DNA of 63,572 bases, counting the filler, from Saprolegnia diclina VS20 (taxonomy: Eukaryota): the NCBI RefSeq assembly GCF_000281045.1. It is 6 parts of 2 records of this genome, joined end to end, with 100 filler letters (N's around TTAATTAATTAA, not from the genome) between each part and the next. Parts side by side here need not be neighbours in the genome. Positions count along the whole stretch, not along the records: positions 14,778 to 40,905 come from NW_008246090.1; positions 41,006 to 51,380 come from NW_008246091.1; 4 more parts are not named here. One strand, 5' to 3'. Every line of letters starts with the position of its first letter. The stretch's first letter is position 1. The translations under genes and the position numbers were made by a program. The notes beneath the pieces were generated by a model. It did not search any database and had not been told where the DNA came from. It saw nothing but the letters and a program-made list of their open reading frames with translations. This document shows positions 34,111-45,872 of the stretch, one piece after another.

Positions 34111-34894
34111 GCGTGAAATGACATATTGTACATTGTACACATTTGCATTTGGTCGTGGTCTGTGACGTGGCATTCCGACGTCCTCGTTGGACGAGTCCCC
34201 ACTCGCAAGGATAGAGAACAAGAAGATACGAGCGCTCGTCAGTTGCGATAGCCAAGTCATTTAGTCAATAACCACGTGCAATGAAGTAGAAAACAAAGTA
34301 GTGTGTGATACTGTACGCTAGTATGGTGACGTACTAGCACGTTAGCGTACGCAGTAACTTAGGGAAATGTTTTCTAGCAATGCATCTATTGCCTTGATAT
34401 ATTGATACATTGTTTGTTGAGAGCCGCCACGTTCGATGGCCGGTGCGGTGGGTGCATTCGCGTGCATTTTGTAATGTAGCACCGCGCCAACTGCATCTTT
34501 GCCGATCGCCGGATAAGGTCATTTGCCACCAGTATACTACCATACTACATATACATGGACCGTCGTCGCAGCTCCACGGTCGGTCGCAGGAGCTCGCTAT
34601 TAGCCGCGGTGCCAGCGGTCGTGAAGGCAAGAGGCTACGGTGCACGACTCGTTTGCTCGTGGAGATAGATAGCGACGTGTGCCAGAAGCAAGCGCAAGGT
34701 TGGAGCTGCTGCCGTCACCGGTGGAGCTGGCGGCTGGCGCCACCGGCTCTGCCTTTTTTTCATTTTTCCAATATATTGCATACAACTCGCAAGCTATACA
34801 ATACGTTTTTGTCAAATCACGTGGCAGCTGGTGCGTGCGACATGCGGTGCGCGATCCAAGCGAGCGTCATCGAACGAACTTCTCCGCATGCGCG

Positions 34895-36388
34895 ATGCCT
34901 GGCGTTCGGCTTGACACGCTGCTCGCCGAGCACATGACGACCGAGCCTGTCGACGACGACGACGTCGTGCTGCTCGAGGCCATGACGTCGACCACGGTCG
35001 GCACCAAAACGCAGGACGCGATGCGCACGGTGCGCGAGAGCCACGTGGTCCGCCGCATCCGCCGCTCCAACGCGATCCAGCGCGTGCTCTCGGGCCTTGT
35101 GCTCGCGCCGTCCGTGCTCGCCTTTCTTCTTCTGGGCCCGCGCTTTGCGCCGTACCTGCTCTGCTCCGTCGTCGTCTCGATCTGCTACTATGAGTTTGCG
35201 TGGCTGAGCCACCGCATCGTGCACCGTGTCGCGACGTCGGTCGCGCTCTCGGACCTCACATCGCTGCGGCCGATTCCAGTCCTTAACCTCCGCGACTGCG
35301 CCATCTCGCCCATCTCGCGCGGCTACGACAAGGTGGCGGCCGCCATCCTCTCGACGCTGCAGACCATGCTGCTCCTTGGCCTCACGTACGTCACGAACCT
35401 GTACGTCTGGCACTTTGAGTCGCTGCCCGTCGATGCTGCGCAAGACCGCCCGCACGTACAAGCCGTCGCGTACCTCTACATCTACCTCGGCGTCACGGGC
35501 TGGGTGGCTTTTTACTGTGCGTGGCTCACGCCGTCGTGGCGCGCGCACCTCCTTCTTCTAGTCGTCCAGCTCTTCTACGGCCTCCGCGCGCTCAACACAT
35601 TTAGCACCAACTACTATAGCAACCACGTGTACCTCCTCGGGTACGACTACACCAAGCAGACGTTCGCGCTCATTGCGATCGCCGTGCACCTGAGCTTTGC
35701 GTCGCTTGCGTCACTGCCCGATGGCATTCGCATCCTCTTTGGTGTCCTCCTCGACTGCGTCGCGTTTGGCTACGTCGCATTGCTCATGGACCCGATCTCG
35801 ACCTTTATGGCGTCCGTCATCGACGGCCGGCGCCTCGCCTTGGGCTTCTTGGCGGTCGTGTGGGGCGCCGACACGGGCGCGTATGTGACCGGCCACGTCA
35901 TCCCGGCCTTGGGCTACGTGCATTTTCATCGCCTTGCGTACCACATTTCACCCAAGAAGGACCTCGAAGGCACGCTCGGCGGCGCCTTCCTCGGCGTGCT
36001 CCTCGTGCTCTTTGTCAACTTTGTCGCGCCGCCCGACCTCCCCGAGAGCGTGCTTCGCGACCTGCGCATGGACAAGGACACGTACTTGTATACGTGTCTG
36101 CTGTGGCAGCTCGTGTTTGCGATCGTCGGCGCCTTCATCTCGCGCTACGGCGACCTCTTGGCTAGTCTGCTCAAGCGGCTCGCGCAAGTCAAAGACACGG
36201 GCGACTTGATCCCGGGCCATGGCGGCATGCTCGACCGGGTCGACGCGCTCCTCTTCACGGCTGCTGTCTTTGTGCTCTACCACCGTCTCTCGAGCGGACC
36301 CAACTACACGAGCTACGTCCAGCCGACGTATCAGGGCTGGGCGTACCAAGCCAGCGTCCTAGCCACGCTGTTTCCATTCGTCGGCTGA
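34895..36388 (+). CDS. Phosphatidate cytidylyltransferase (CDP-diacylglycerol synthase, CTP_transf_1 family)
   Basis: WGADTGAY, ISPKKDLEGTLGG, GDLLASLLKRLAQVKDTGDLIPGHGGMLDRVD signature; multiple TM helices. Confidence 0.92.
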   Translation: MPGVRLDTLLAEHMTTEPVDDDDVVLLEAMTSTTVGTKTQDAMRTVRESHVVRRIRRSNAIQRVLSGLVLAPSVLAFLLLGPRFAPYLLCSVVVSICYYEFAWLSHRIVHRVATSVALSDLTSLRPIPVLNLRDCAISPISRGYDKVAAAILSTLQTMLLLGLTYVTNLYVWHFESLPVDAAQDRPHVQAVAYLYIYLGVTGWVAFYCAWLTPSWRAHLLLLVVQLFYGLRALNTFSTNYYSNHVYLLGYDYTKQTFALIAIAVHLSFASLASLPDGIRILFGVLLDCVAFGYVALLMDPISTFMASVIDGRRLALGFLAVVWGADTGAYVTGHVIPALGYVHFHRLAYHISPKKDLEGTLGGAFLGVLLVLFVNFVAPPDLPESVLRDLRMDKDTYLYTCLLWQLVFAIVGAFISRYGDLLASLLKRLAQVKDTGDLIPGHGGMLDRVDALLFTAAVFVLYHRLSSGPNYTSYVQPTYQGWAYQASVLATLFPFVG

Positions 36389-37213
36389 GTCGCAGTTCTC
36401 TCTAATTTAACATGAATGCAACCTTGCTTGACGTCGTGACGAAGGCCCATGCGATTGAGACCTCTGCGTCATGTATTGAGCTCGGGTGGTTGTCAGTCTT
36501 TGAGACTATGGGGTGGAGATCGGGGGGGCGGGTTCTACCGTTCCCACTGCGATAATTCAATAAATCGCCGACTTGAACATGACGAATTGTCATTTGGAAC
36601 ACAAGCCGCCGCCCGGCAACCTCCCAGCGAGCAAGAATGTCCTCCAATGCAGCGACCTCATCCCGAGTCCTAGCACATGCAGCGTTATCAAGAAGAACCA
36701 CTAGGGATACTGGGACAACGCCGTTGGCGTCTACACTTGTCGACCGATTTTTGTACTTTAGCTCGAAGTGGAAAATACTGTTGCTCGATGGTTTTCTCCG
36801 GCGTAGAGACAGCGACCAAAGGGCAAGAAGGGCGCGTCATGGCCCCTCGTGCATGACGCACCAGACGGTGCCTTGACCCCGTACCCTACCGTAAATAATG
36901 TACGGTAGACGCCTCCGTTGAGCCTCTCGGCGTCCGCCTTTTGTGTACTCTGCCGCGCCAGTGCACTCGTCTAGCTACCTCGCTCGTACAGTACGCCATG
37001 GCGACAGCGCCAAGAGCGAGCATGAAAAGACTCGCAACGTTGGGTGGCTTGAACTTCGTCTTCGAGAACCGGCTGGGATGGCAGTGTTGCGTCAACGCAA
37101 CCGGATTTGCCGGATACGCTGGCGCCGTCCAAGTGGTCCAATGAGCGCGCTCCAACCTATCCAAAAGGCGTTTGATTGGCTGCTCTCGGCGAAAAGGCAA
37201 AGTGACTACCAGA

Positions 37214-37229
37214 GCTCATTTCTGAATTG
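37214..37229 (+). promoter_or_regulatory. Oomycete core promoter Inr/FPR-like element upstream of ACBP; similar elements at 43679-43694(+) and 42757-42773(-) ahead of the lectin genes
   Basis: GCTCATTTCTGAATTG lies just before the ATG at 37233 and resembles the oomycete GCTCATTYNNNAWTTT consensus; a GATTGG (reverse CCAAT) sits about 40 nt upstream. Confidence 0.55.
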
Positions 37230-37232
37230 ACC

Positions 37233-37493
37233 ATGTCTGACTTCGAAGCCGCCGCCGCCGCCATCAAGAACTGGAACCCGGCCTCGTCGCCGTCCAACGA
37301 CGACAAGCTTGCGCTCTACGCGCTCTACAAGCAGGGCACGGAAGGCGACTGCAACACGTCGCGCCCCGGCATGTTCGACCTCGCCGGCAAGGCCAAGTGG
37401 GATGCGTGGAACGCCAAGAAGGGCACGAGCAAGGAAGCTGCCCAGGCCGCGTACGTCGCCGAAGTCGCCCGCCAGTTGGAGACGTACAAGTAA
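37233..37493 (+). CDS. ACBP: Acyl-CoA-binding protein
   Basis: DKLALYALYKQGTEGDCNTSRPGMFDLAGKAKWDAW is the ACBP signature; 86 aa. Confidence 0.97.
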   Translation: MSDFEAAAAAIKNWNPASSPSNDDKLALYALYKQGTEGDCNTSRPGMFDLAGKAKWDAWNAKKGTSKEAAQAAYVAEVARQLETYK

Positions 37494-37991
37494 ATGTGAC
37501 GCGCGTTGTCTGTAGATTTAGCCGCCATTGATGCTCCTGGTCTCAATGCAAACCTCTTTCATTTGTAATTTCTAGTGTCTTGCTCGACTCTTCGAATCCA
37601 CGGTACGTTGCGAAGGCCTTGTCCGAGGACTTGAAGACAGCCATGCCCCTGAAGCTGCTCGAACCCTCCGCCGCCACGGACGCTTTTGGTGCCACGCGTC
37701 TCAGAGCCCTGCCGCACACCCAAGGCTGCGAGAAGCAACACGTCGCAGGCCCTGGAGATCGAGTCCATCATGTATGGTGGCGTTGTCGTTGCAAGTAGCG
37801 AGGTCAGGTCGCTTGCCCTGTACGTAGCCTTCGGCAAGACACCAACCAACACCCATGTTGCTGCCAGATCACAAATGTCCTGAATGGGGAGTTCGCAGGC
37901 GACGCTAGGACGGCTCTTTTGGGCCCACGTCGAGAATCATTATGCAACTAAGTCATGAATCATAATGCAAAATAGGTGATTCCAAAAGGAA

Positions 37992-39776
37992 CTACAAGGT
38001 CTGCGTCGCGTCCGTGTAGATGCGCAGGATGTCTTCGACGGGGCCCGCCGGCATGGTCGACGCCATGCCGTAAATCGCGCTGCCGCCGCTGAGCTTGCCG
38101 TTCGGGTCGGCCATGACAAAGTCGACAGCCTCGCGGAGCGCGGAGAGGAACTGGGCGCCCTTGCCAATGTGGCGCACGGTGACGCACAGGTGGACGCTCG
38201 TCGGGTGCTGGAGCGCGTTGAGGCTCCAGCCCGCCTTGGACATGCGGTCGCTGACCTTGAGGATGTTGAAGACGTGCGAGCCAAAGCAGATGACCATCGC
38301 CTGCGGGTCGCCGAGGATGAAGAGCGCGTCGCCCATGCTGCGAATGCCGTTCGTGATGATCTCGACCGTCTCGAGAATCCCCTCTGTCTTCTCGAGGTAC
38401 CCTTCCTTGCCCATCTTGACCATGGACGCCCACGCCGCCGCGCTGAGCGCGCCTGGGCGACTGCCGGCGATCGTCGGCGTCGCATACAAGCCGCCGGTCC
38501 AGTCCGAGTAGGCAAAGTACTGGAAGCGGCGAATCGCCTTGTGCTTGTACAGCACGACCGACGTGCCTTTGGACGCGTAGCCGTACTTGTGCGTGTCGCA
38601 CGACATGCTCGTGACGCCAGGCAGTGCAAAGTCGAACGGCGGCAGCTTGTGGCCCAATATGCGCGCAAAGGGCAGCACAAAGCCGCCAAGACACGCGTCC
38701 ACATGCAGCCCAATGCCATACTGCGTCGCCATCTCCGAAAGCGCTGCAATGTCATCGATGGTGCCTTGCGGAAAGTTGGGCGCGCTGGCGTACAGCATGA
38801 TGGTGTTGGCCGAGATGTTCCAGCGCACCGCGTCCAAGTTGACCTTGTACGTGATCGGGTCGACCGGGACCTTGATGAGCTTGATGTTGAACATGTCGCA
38901 TGCCTTGTCGATCGCGGCGTGGGCGGTCACGGCCGCAATGATCTCGGGTCGCGTAATGCCATGGTCGTGCCGGAACCAGTCGCGGTGCGTCTTGGTGGCG
39001 AGCACGATGCTCTCGGTGCCGCCCGACGTGAGCGATCCGACAACGTCCGGCGACCCGCCGTTGAGAAGGCTCGCGGTCATCGCAATCACTTCGGCTTCAA
39101 AGCGCACGACGGACGGCCAGAGGTCGGCGTGGAGCGGGTTTGTGACGGCAAAGAGCCCGTACGCTTGGTTGAGCAGCGCAATGTGCTCGTCTTCGCCGTG
39201 GTACACAGCGCCCGAGACGAGGCCGTCTTGCCAGCGCTTGTCCTCGCCTTGCACCATGCGCACCATGGTCGCGAGTACGTCAGCCGCGGCTTGGCCCTTC
39301 TCGGGAAGCGCAAATCGCTTCGGAAAGTCGATCGCAGACTTGCTCTGCTCGGCGAGCGAGCGCTCAATGTCGTGTTCGATCTTGGCAATCTCGGCGCGCA
39401 CCTTCTTTTGAAGCAACGGAATGTACGAGAGGACCGCCATGGCCGCGTTCCCAGCCTTGTTGATCGCCTCCTTCTTGGAAAAACCATACCGCGCCTTCCG
39501 GAGACGGTCCAGCACCGCATACGCAACGTAGATGAGCGTGACGAGCGCAATGGCGTCGCCAAGGACAAAGGCCATGACCGGCGGCATGGCGGCGAGGGCC
39601 AGCGCGAGCACGCTCGATGGCGCGTCGCCCGTGAGGTGCGCCCGGTAGCGGTAGTAGAGGACGCCGGCGAGCGCAGCTGGCAAACCCTTCTTGGCGACCC
39701 GCTCGATGTGCATGAAGCGGCCGAGGACGACGTACGAGGCGACGACGGCGGCGGCGACGGTCGGTGCAGCTGCCAT
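37992..39776 (-). CDS. SGPL1: Sphingosine-1-phosphate lyase (PLP-dependent)
   Basis: VSGAVYHG, TNPLHADLWP, TSGGTESI, LHVDACLGGF, SCDTHKYG (PLP lysine), WTGGLYATPTIAGSRPG; N-terminal TM segments. Confidence 0.95.
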   Translation of the reverse strand: MAAAPTVAAAVVASYVVLGRFMHIERVAKKGLPAALAGVLYYRYRAHLTGDAPSSVLALALAAMPPVMAFVLGDAIALVTLIYVAYAVLDRLRKARYGFSKKEAINKAGNAAMAVLSYIPLLQKKVRAEIAKIEHDIERSLAEQSKSAIDFPKRFALPEKGQAAADVLATMVRMVQGEDKRWQDGLVSGAVYHGEDEHIALLNQAYGLFAVTNPLHADLWPSVVRFEAEVIAMTASLLNGGSPDVVGSLTSGGTESIVLATKTHRDWFRHDHGITRPEIIAAVTAHAAIDKACDMFNIKLIKVPVDPITYKVNLDAVRWNISANTIMLYASAPNFPQGTIDDIAALSEMATQYGIGLHVDACLGGFVLPFARILGHKLPPFDFALPGVTSMSCDTHKYGYASKGTSVVLYKHKAIRRFQYFAYSDWTGGLYATPTIAGSRPGALSAAAWASMVKMGKEGYLEKTEGILETVEIITNGIRSMGDALFILGDPQAMVICFGSHVFNILKVSDRMSKAGWSLNALQHPTSVHLCVTVRHIGKGAQFLSALREAVDFVMADPNGKLSGGSAIYGMASTMPAGPVEDILRIYTDATQTL

Positions 39777-41568
39777 CGAATTCAGAAATGAGTCTGCGAT
39801 CTTCGGAAGGCCAAGTGCAAACCTCTCGAAATGCATATTTCAAGGATGACTTGGGGTTTGTATGACCATGCAGGCGAGACTATGCAGTTTGACAGGTGAT
39901 GACGCCGCATAATCTGACCAGCCGGATTAGGAATGACAATGTGATGACGCACGTGACATCAACCGACAACGGGTGCATCAAAGTTAGCTTTTTGGATTTA
40001 TAACTCTATATATGGTGCTCTAGGGTTGAAAATGGGGGCCGATACCAACGTCCAAGCAAGTTGACGTTGCAGCTGCGTCGGTCGTACCAGCGTAGTACTA
40101 CTGTACCTTGATACTTGCTATGGAGCCAGCGTTGCTAGGTCATGTCTTTGGTCATCGAGAGTCTTTATGATGGGATGCTTGCGAATGAAAATGGGTTGAT
40201 GACGAGGAGGATGGCTTCGCGGGTCCCAGCAACGGAACAGAAGTCCGACACACGTACGTAGAAAACATGGCCACGACGTGTCCGTGGTCCAGGCGCAAGC
40301 ATGAGCTCGACCGCTTCGACCTACGCAGTAGTGCCCAAGTGCTGCGACCTAATGAGCACTAGACCGTACTCCAGATACAAAGGTCGTTGTGGGAAACCTC
40401 GCTTGCTGATAGCACAGGCTGCCACGTCATGCATCCTTTCCGGGCGCGCTGCCACGATGTTGTCGCAACTGAAAGTAGAGTTTGGCAATCTCGATCGCGC
40501 GTCTTGTCGGGCGATCTACTGTTCATCCACCAAGGTTGTTCCCGGTATTTCGGCAGTCTAGGTTAGCTTGCCAATGACATTTTTCGCAGTGATATGCCTC
40601 AAACGTCGCCAATCAATACATAATTGTATATGATTCCACAGTCATTTATGGCCAAGCAAAGGGTGCAGCCCAGTCTGCTGACTGCAAGAGCGTCAACATC
40701 ATACCTTCACATCCACCGCGTGAGTAGGGAGTCTATGCACACAATGCTGCCACGTCATTGTTCCATGTGAAACCGTGTGCGATCGCGCTGCGTACGCTGC
40801 CACGTCATGGAGGCAAAGCGTTGCGAATCACGAATGGCATTCTACGGTTGGTGCACCGCGCCTCATATGCAAGGGAATATCTCTTAATTCCTTGCTCATA
40901 TGGAANNNNNNNNNNNNNNNNNNNNNNNNNNNNNNNNNNNNNNNNNNNNTTAATTAATTAANNNNNNNNNNNNNNNNNNNNNNNNNNNNNNNNNNNNNNN
41001 NNNNNGAATACGGGATGATTAAGACGTACTATGTCCTGATTTGTGACACGCTCGAGCGCTGTTGAACGTGTCGAGAGGCACGGCGAGTCACCATATCGCT
41101 TTATTCAAAGTGACGTATGAACCTCTTTGCACCTTTGATATCATATCCCCCAGCATTATCTCGACAGCCTCGATTGCCAAGCAGCCAACTAAGGTCGTCA
41201 GTCCCACCCTCACAACGTCTGGTTTCATTGGATCGTAACTCCAAGTTCGTGCTTGCGAAAACATATTCAGCATCACAGGGTGTTCTTCAGGAGCTCGGTG
41301 ACGGTGTTGGCAAGTTTTTCGAATGGCGTTTAATGGGTTTAACGTGTGGGAAACGTTTTTATCACGTAAAACACTCTCTTTTCTCACATGGCGTGAATTG
41401 AAAAAATGGTATGGTTTAAACAGAACGGTTTACCTACCTGCACAGTTTTTCGATCACGTGACGACGTGGGAGGGGTGGAGATTCATAGTGGCGGACCGGC
41501 CGGACAGTTTGCACGAACCCAATGACGCACAAGATAAAAAATTGAGCGATTTTATTCCCTTGCATTGT

Positions 41569-41905
41569 GGCGGGAGTGGCTCGCTCGTCTTTTTGACCGA
41601 GCCGCCCCAGAGCGTGGTGTACCAAGCCAACTAGCTTGATACTGCGACAACGCACAACGAGGCCGAGTACGACCGTCTCATTACGGCACTCCAGTTAGCT
41701 TAGCGACTGGCAGTGACGCATCTCACGGTGCGCGGCGACAGCATGCTGCTGATGCAGCAGATGAAGGGCATCGACCGGGTCCAAGAGGCTCGCTTGCAGA
41801 AGCTGCATGTCCAGGCGCGGGAGCTCGCGACATGTTTTACGTGCACATGGGAACACCACACTCGCGAATTCAACCAAGCCACGGATCATTTGTCCAAGCT
41901 CGCAC
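41569..41905 (+). mobile_element. Degenerate RNase HI domain (archaeal/plant-type aRH) of a retrotransposon
   Basis: GGSGS...TTHNEAEYDRLITALQLA*RLAVTHLTVRGDSMLLMQQM...HHTREFNQATDHLSK; in-frame TAG at 41632 and 41701. Confidence 0.75.
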
Positions 41906-42147
41906 CCGACGACTGCACCTCGTACGCGCATCCCGACGACGGGCGGCATGCGGTACTGCTGGCCGAAGAACTCCTGCACGTTGAAGTGCTTTTGGCCGCT
42001 GACGTTCAACACACAACTAGTTCGTATGTCTTAGTAGGTGGAGTCTTTAATCTGCATAAAGATTTCAATCCATATCATTTATCCTCATCTCAAACCAAGG
42101 GCCCAATCGATTATCGTGGCTTTCTTTGGCTCCAGTCTACTTGACTA

Positions 42148-42741
42148 TTAAAAGTCGTTTTTCCAATCACGAAACTGAAAGAAGAGCTCGGTGTTTCCGT
42201 TGTCGAAGAACTCCATGCGCGAATCTCCAAAGTCGGGAATCACCAAGCACCAGCCGAAGTGGCGCTTGCTGCAAATCTGTGTGCCACGCTCGCGCTGCTT
42301 GTAGTAGAACTCCCAGCGCTGGTTGAGTTCGTCGCGATTGCACTTATAGCCATGCACAAACGGCTTGTTGGCGGCGGGGTTCCACCACGCATCCAAACAC
42401 AAGTCGTCTTGGACGTTGCGCAGCATATCAAATTCGGTCGCTCCGTTGGACCGGAGGAGGTGCCAGACCTTGCCGCCGGCGTCGATCTGGCGACGCGTGT
42501 TGACGATCGTGTTCCAAATCGTCACCCACGAGTCAAGAATCGTAACCGGAACATACCACGCAGCTGTACGTTGCACGCGCTGGATGCCAAACTTGTCCGT
42601 GAGGTCTGGCCAGTTGAAGGCCGCATCTTCGGCGCCAAGGTTGCCCGTCTTGTTGGTGAGCACCGTGCTGTTCAACTCGGCGGCATTCACGAGCGCGATT
42701 GCAAGCACACCGCAAAGGCCGAGGACGCGGAGCAGCGACAT
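42148..42741 (-). CDS. Secreted ricin-B (beta-trefoil) lectin-like protein 1
   Basis: Signal peptide MSLLRVLGLCGVLAIALVNA; LRNVQDDLCLDAW...VHGYKC...NQRW (QxW) and ICSKRHFGWCL; intronless. Confidence 0.8.
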   Translation of the reverse strand: MSLLRVLGLCGVLAIALVNAAELNSTVLTNKTGNLGAEDAAFNWPDLTDKFGIQRVQRTAAWYVPVTILDSWVTIWNTIVNTRRQIDAGGKVWHLLRSNGATEFDMLRNVQDDLCLDAWWNPAANKPFVHGYKCNRDELNQRWEFYYKQRERGTQICSKRHFGWCLVIPDFGDSRMEFFDNGNTELFFQFRDWKNDF

Positions 42742-43699
42742 GAGACCAAGTCGATGCAAATTGCAAAATGGGGTGCTGCGTGGTCAAATACATGTACCGG
42801 TACTAGCGAAATCATGACTCCCAACGGAGTGCCACGTCCATGTTGCTTGATGATGGATACGGATCGTCCGTCGGCGGTTTCCACCGTCAAAAACGGTGTA
42901 GACACGGCGGATGCAGAAAAGCCAGCGACCAAAGACGCTGCTCGATCGCTCGATATACGCGATGGAATAGCTTTGTAGACTGCAAAGTCACATGTCGCAC
43001 ATGTGGCAGACCAGATGTGGGTATGCGTCCCACGACGATCGATGGGTGATTGAGAATAGCCGCGGTCGCGCAACGTACCTGCAATGATAAACAAGGCGGG
43101 GTGCGCCATTCTTCCTTCTCGACCCATTAATTTACTTGGCCTCCTTCCGTCCCTACTTACATGCGTGCGACCCGTTGTGTGACCAGAAGGACAATTGGCA
43201 ACGGAGAAATGAATCAATTGATTGAGGCTCTCTTTTGCAATTTCGATGGGCATCACATTGCCCGAGCTTTGTGCATTCGTACCGAGAATTCTACAAGGGC
43301 AGTGTGAGCTGGCGGTGTGGCATACTACGTACCGTACGAGATGTACTGTACTGTATAGCTGATCGATCCACAAGATGCGACACGAAATCTTGTCGGGCTA
43401 TTGCAGGTGTACTCGGACGTGGGATTCGCTGCATTTGTGTTTCTAGTCCTTACACTCTTGAAGCTTTAGCAATCTACTTTAGGCAACACAAGTCCTCTTA
43501 AAGGGAACGATCATCTGTGCCCATCCAACATCAGCAGAACGCATCGTCTGATGGCCAATTCTTCTCGCTGTCTCTCACGCAGTACTGTACTCGACGTGGC
43601 GCGGTACTCCTACTCGCGGGCGCAGAGACACGAAGTTGTCTGCGTGTCGTTCCATCGCTACGGTGTTCTTGCACCCACAGTCATTTCTCCTTTGGCACG

Positions 43700-44299
43700 A
43701 TGGCGCATCTCGTCGCCTTGTCGTGGTGCCTCGTCATGGCTCTGGCTTTAGAGCACGTCGCTGCGCTCAACAGCACGGTGCCCACCAACAAGACGGGCAA
43801 CCTTCGCGTCGAAGACAGCATGCTGCCGGGACCCGACCTCACCAACAAGTTTGGCGTCATTCGTGTTGCGCACACGCCGTACATATGGCGGCCCTACGAC
43901 CGCCTCGACTCGTGGATGACGATTTGGAACACGATCGTCAACACGCGTCGCTGGAATGACGCGGGCGGCAAGGTCTGGCATGCGCTCAAGTCGAACGGAT
44001 CCCCGGATTTCGATATGCTGCGCAACGTCCAAGACGACTTGTGTTTGGACGCGTGGTGGAACGACTATGCCAACAAGCCATTTGTACACGGCTATAAGTG
44101 CAGCTACGACGAGCCCAACCAGCGCTGGAGCTATCAGCTGCCGAAACGCGGTGGCCCCGACGGCGGCAAGATTTGCAGCAAGCGCCATCCCGGCTGGTGC
44201 TTGGCCATCAGCGCGTTTGGTGACTCGTACATGGAGCCTTCGTGGAGCACGGACGACAATCTCATGTTTGACTTTCGACCGTGGCTGGATGATTTTTAA
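43700..44299 (+). CDS. Secreted ricin-B lectin-like protein 2
   Basis: Signal peptide MAHLVALSWCLVMALALEHVAA; LCLDAW...VHGYKC...NQRW; close paralog of 42148-42741. Confidence 0.8.
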   Translation: MAHLVALSWCLVMALALEHVAALNSTVPTNKTGNLRVEDSMLPGPDLTNKFGVIRVAHTPYIWRPYDRLDSWMTIWNTIVNTRRWNDAGGKVWHALKSNGSPDFDMLRNVQDDLCLDAWWNDYANKPFVHGYKCSYDEPNQRWSYQLPKRGGPDGGKICSKRHPGWCLAISAFGDSYMEPSWSTDDNLMFDFRPWLDDF

Positions 44300-44363
44300 C
44301 CGATTTATGAAATGCAAGTTTTGACTTGTCTACAATTTGCTAGAAAATGTCGTTGGCAATGGC

Positions 44364-45872
44364 TCAGGCACACACGAGGCCGTCGGCGACGACGAGCGAC
44401 TGGATCTGGCGCCGAACACGGGCCATGGCGTCGTCCTTCGAGGCGTCTTTGGACGGCGCATTGCTCCTACACCACGTCATCTGACGTCTTCCTCGTCAAC
44501 GCATGACACGTACGCTTGCTGCCACTGCTGGTAACACACAGAAACTTCGTACCGCGCCTCTATCCGTATATATACATATACAAAAACGTCGACAAGCTGT
44601 CGACCAACCCTTGCAGTGGGCAACGACGGTCTGGTACTTGATCGAGTGCCGGAGCGACGTGAGCTCCTTCATGCGCGCTTGCAAATCCTGGCCAATGGCC
44701 ACGAACATCTCGCTGTCGACCGCTTTTTCGGGTGTGAACCCGAGCTTGAGCGGGGTCGCGAGAACCGCAAACAAGTCCTACAACCCGTGTGCATGACGCA
44801 GCGCTGCATCGAGGGAGTCGACCTCGCGGCAAGCGGCTTCAAACAGCTGCAGCTGTGCTAAGAACGTCTCGATCGACGTCGAGACCAAGGCGCAAAACTC
44901 GCCCGGCGCCTCCTCAAAGCGCAGGATGGCCTCGCGGCTAGAGAGAATGGCCCCGAGGTCGGCGTCGCTGAAGCGACCGGCGTCGTTGAGCACCGATGCA
45001 TTCCTAGTTGCGTGTGGTTAGACGGCCGTTCCATGATGACGTGGCAGCCTACGCGACGCGCAGCGTCTTGGCAATTTCCGCGTGCGGCGCCAGAAGTCCA
45101 TTCAAGCTCTCGGTAAAGGACCGAATCTCAAACTGAATCTGCTTTTCGAGTTTGAGTGGCGTCGCTACACGAGATGGTTCATGGACGATCTCAATTGAGA
45201 TACCCACCTTGAAGCGCCGTCTTGTACTTGGCCAAGCTGCGCTGGTACCACTGCTTGAGCTCCGACTTGTGCTTCTTGGCGTTCGCCGGCAAGTGCGTCG
45301 TCGCCATGCTCTCACGCAGCAACGTCACGAGGTCGTTGCGCTTGCGCGTGAGAATGCGCAGGACGCTGCCATGGGTCTCCATGTCCTGGCGCAGCGTAGG
45401 GATGTGCGCCGCGAGCTTGAGGTACAGCGCCGTGAGCTTGTCGATCCGTACCGCAAAGTGCTCTAGGATGCCATCGGCGCCACGCAGATGCATGCATTGT
45501 ACCTTGGAACTCCTTGTCGTAGACGCGCAGGGCGTTCCACGGCTGTGGCCGCGGGTCCAGCGCCTTGATCTCGATTTCGAGCAGCTTGCTGTAGCTCATG
45601 ATGTCGTCATAGCCGAGGAAGAGTGGCGTCGCCTGCGTGAGGAGCGCAATCTTGTCGCGCGCATTGCGCAGGAACGGGCAGAGCTGTGCGAGCTTCTTGG
45701 CCGCGAGCGGCTCGAGGACGTCGAGCTCGCCGTTCGCGACGCGGAAGAGGTTGAGCAGCGAGCAGAGGTCGTCGATGATGTCAACGAGCGCGAAGCGGTA
45801 CTTCTCGACGAGCCGGCGCTCGTAGCGTCCGAGGAGCTCGGTCTCGGTCTCGGCGTGCTCGGGCTTGGCCAT
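44364..45872 (-). CDS. Hypothetical alpha-helical protein, multi-exon
   Basis: Chain of GC3-rich exons linked by short GT-AG introns from MAKPEHAETE to ...LVVADGLVCA*; no recognised domain. Confidence 0.65.
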
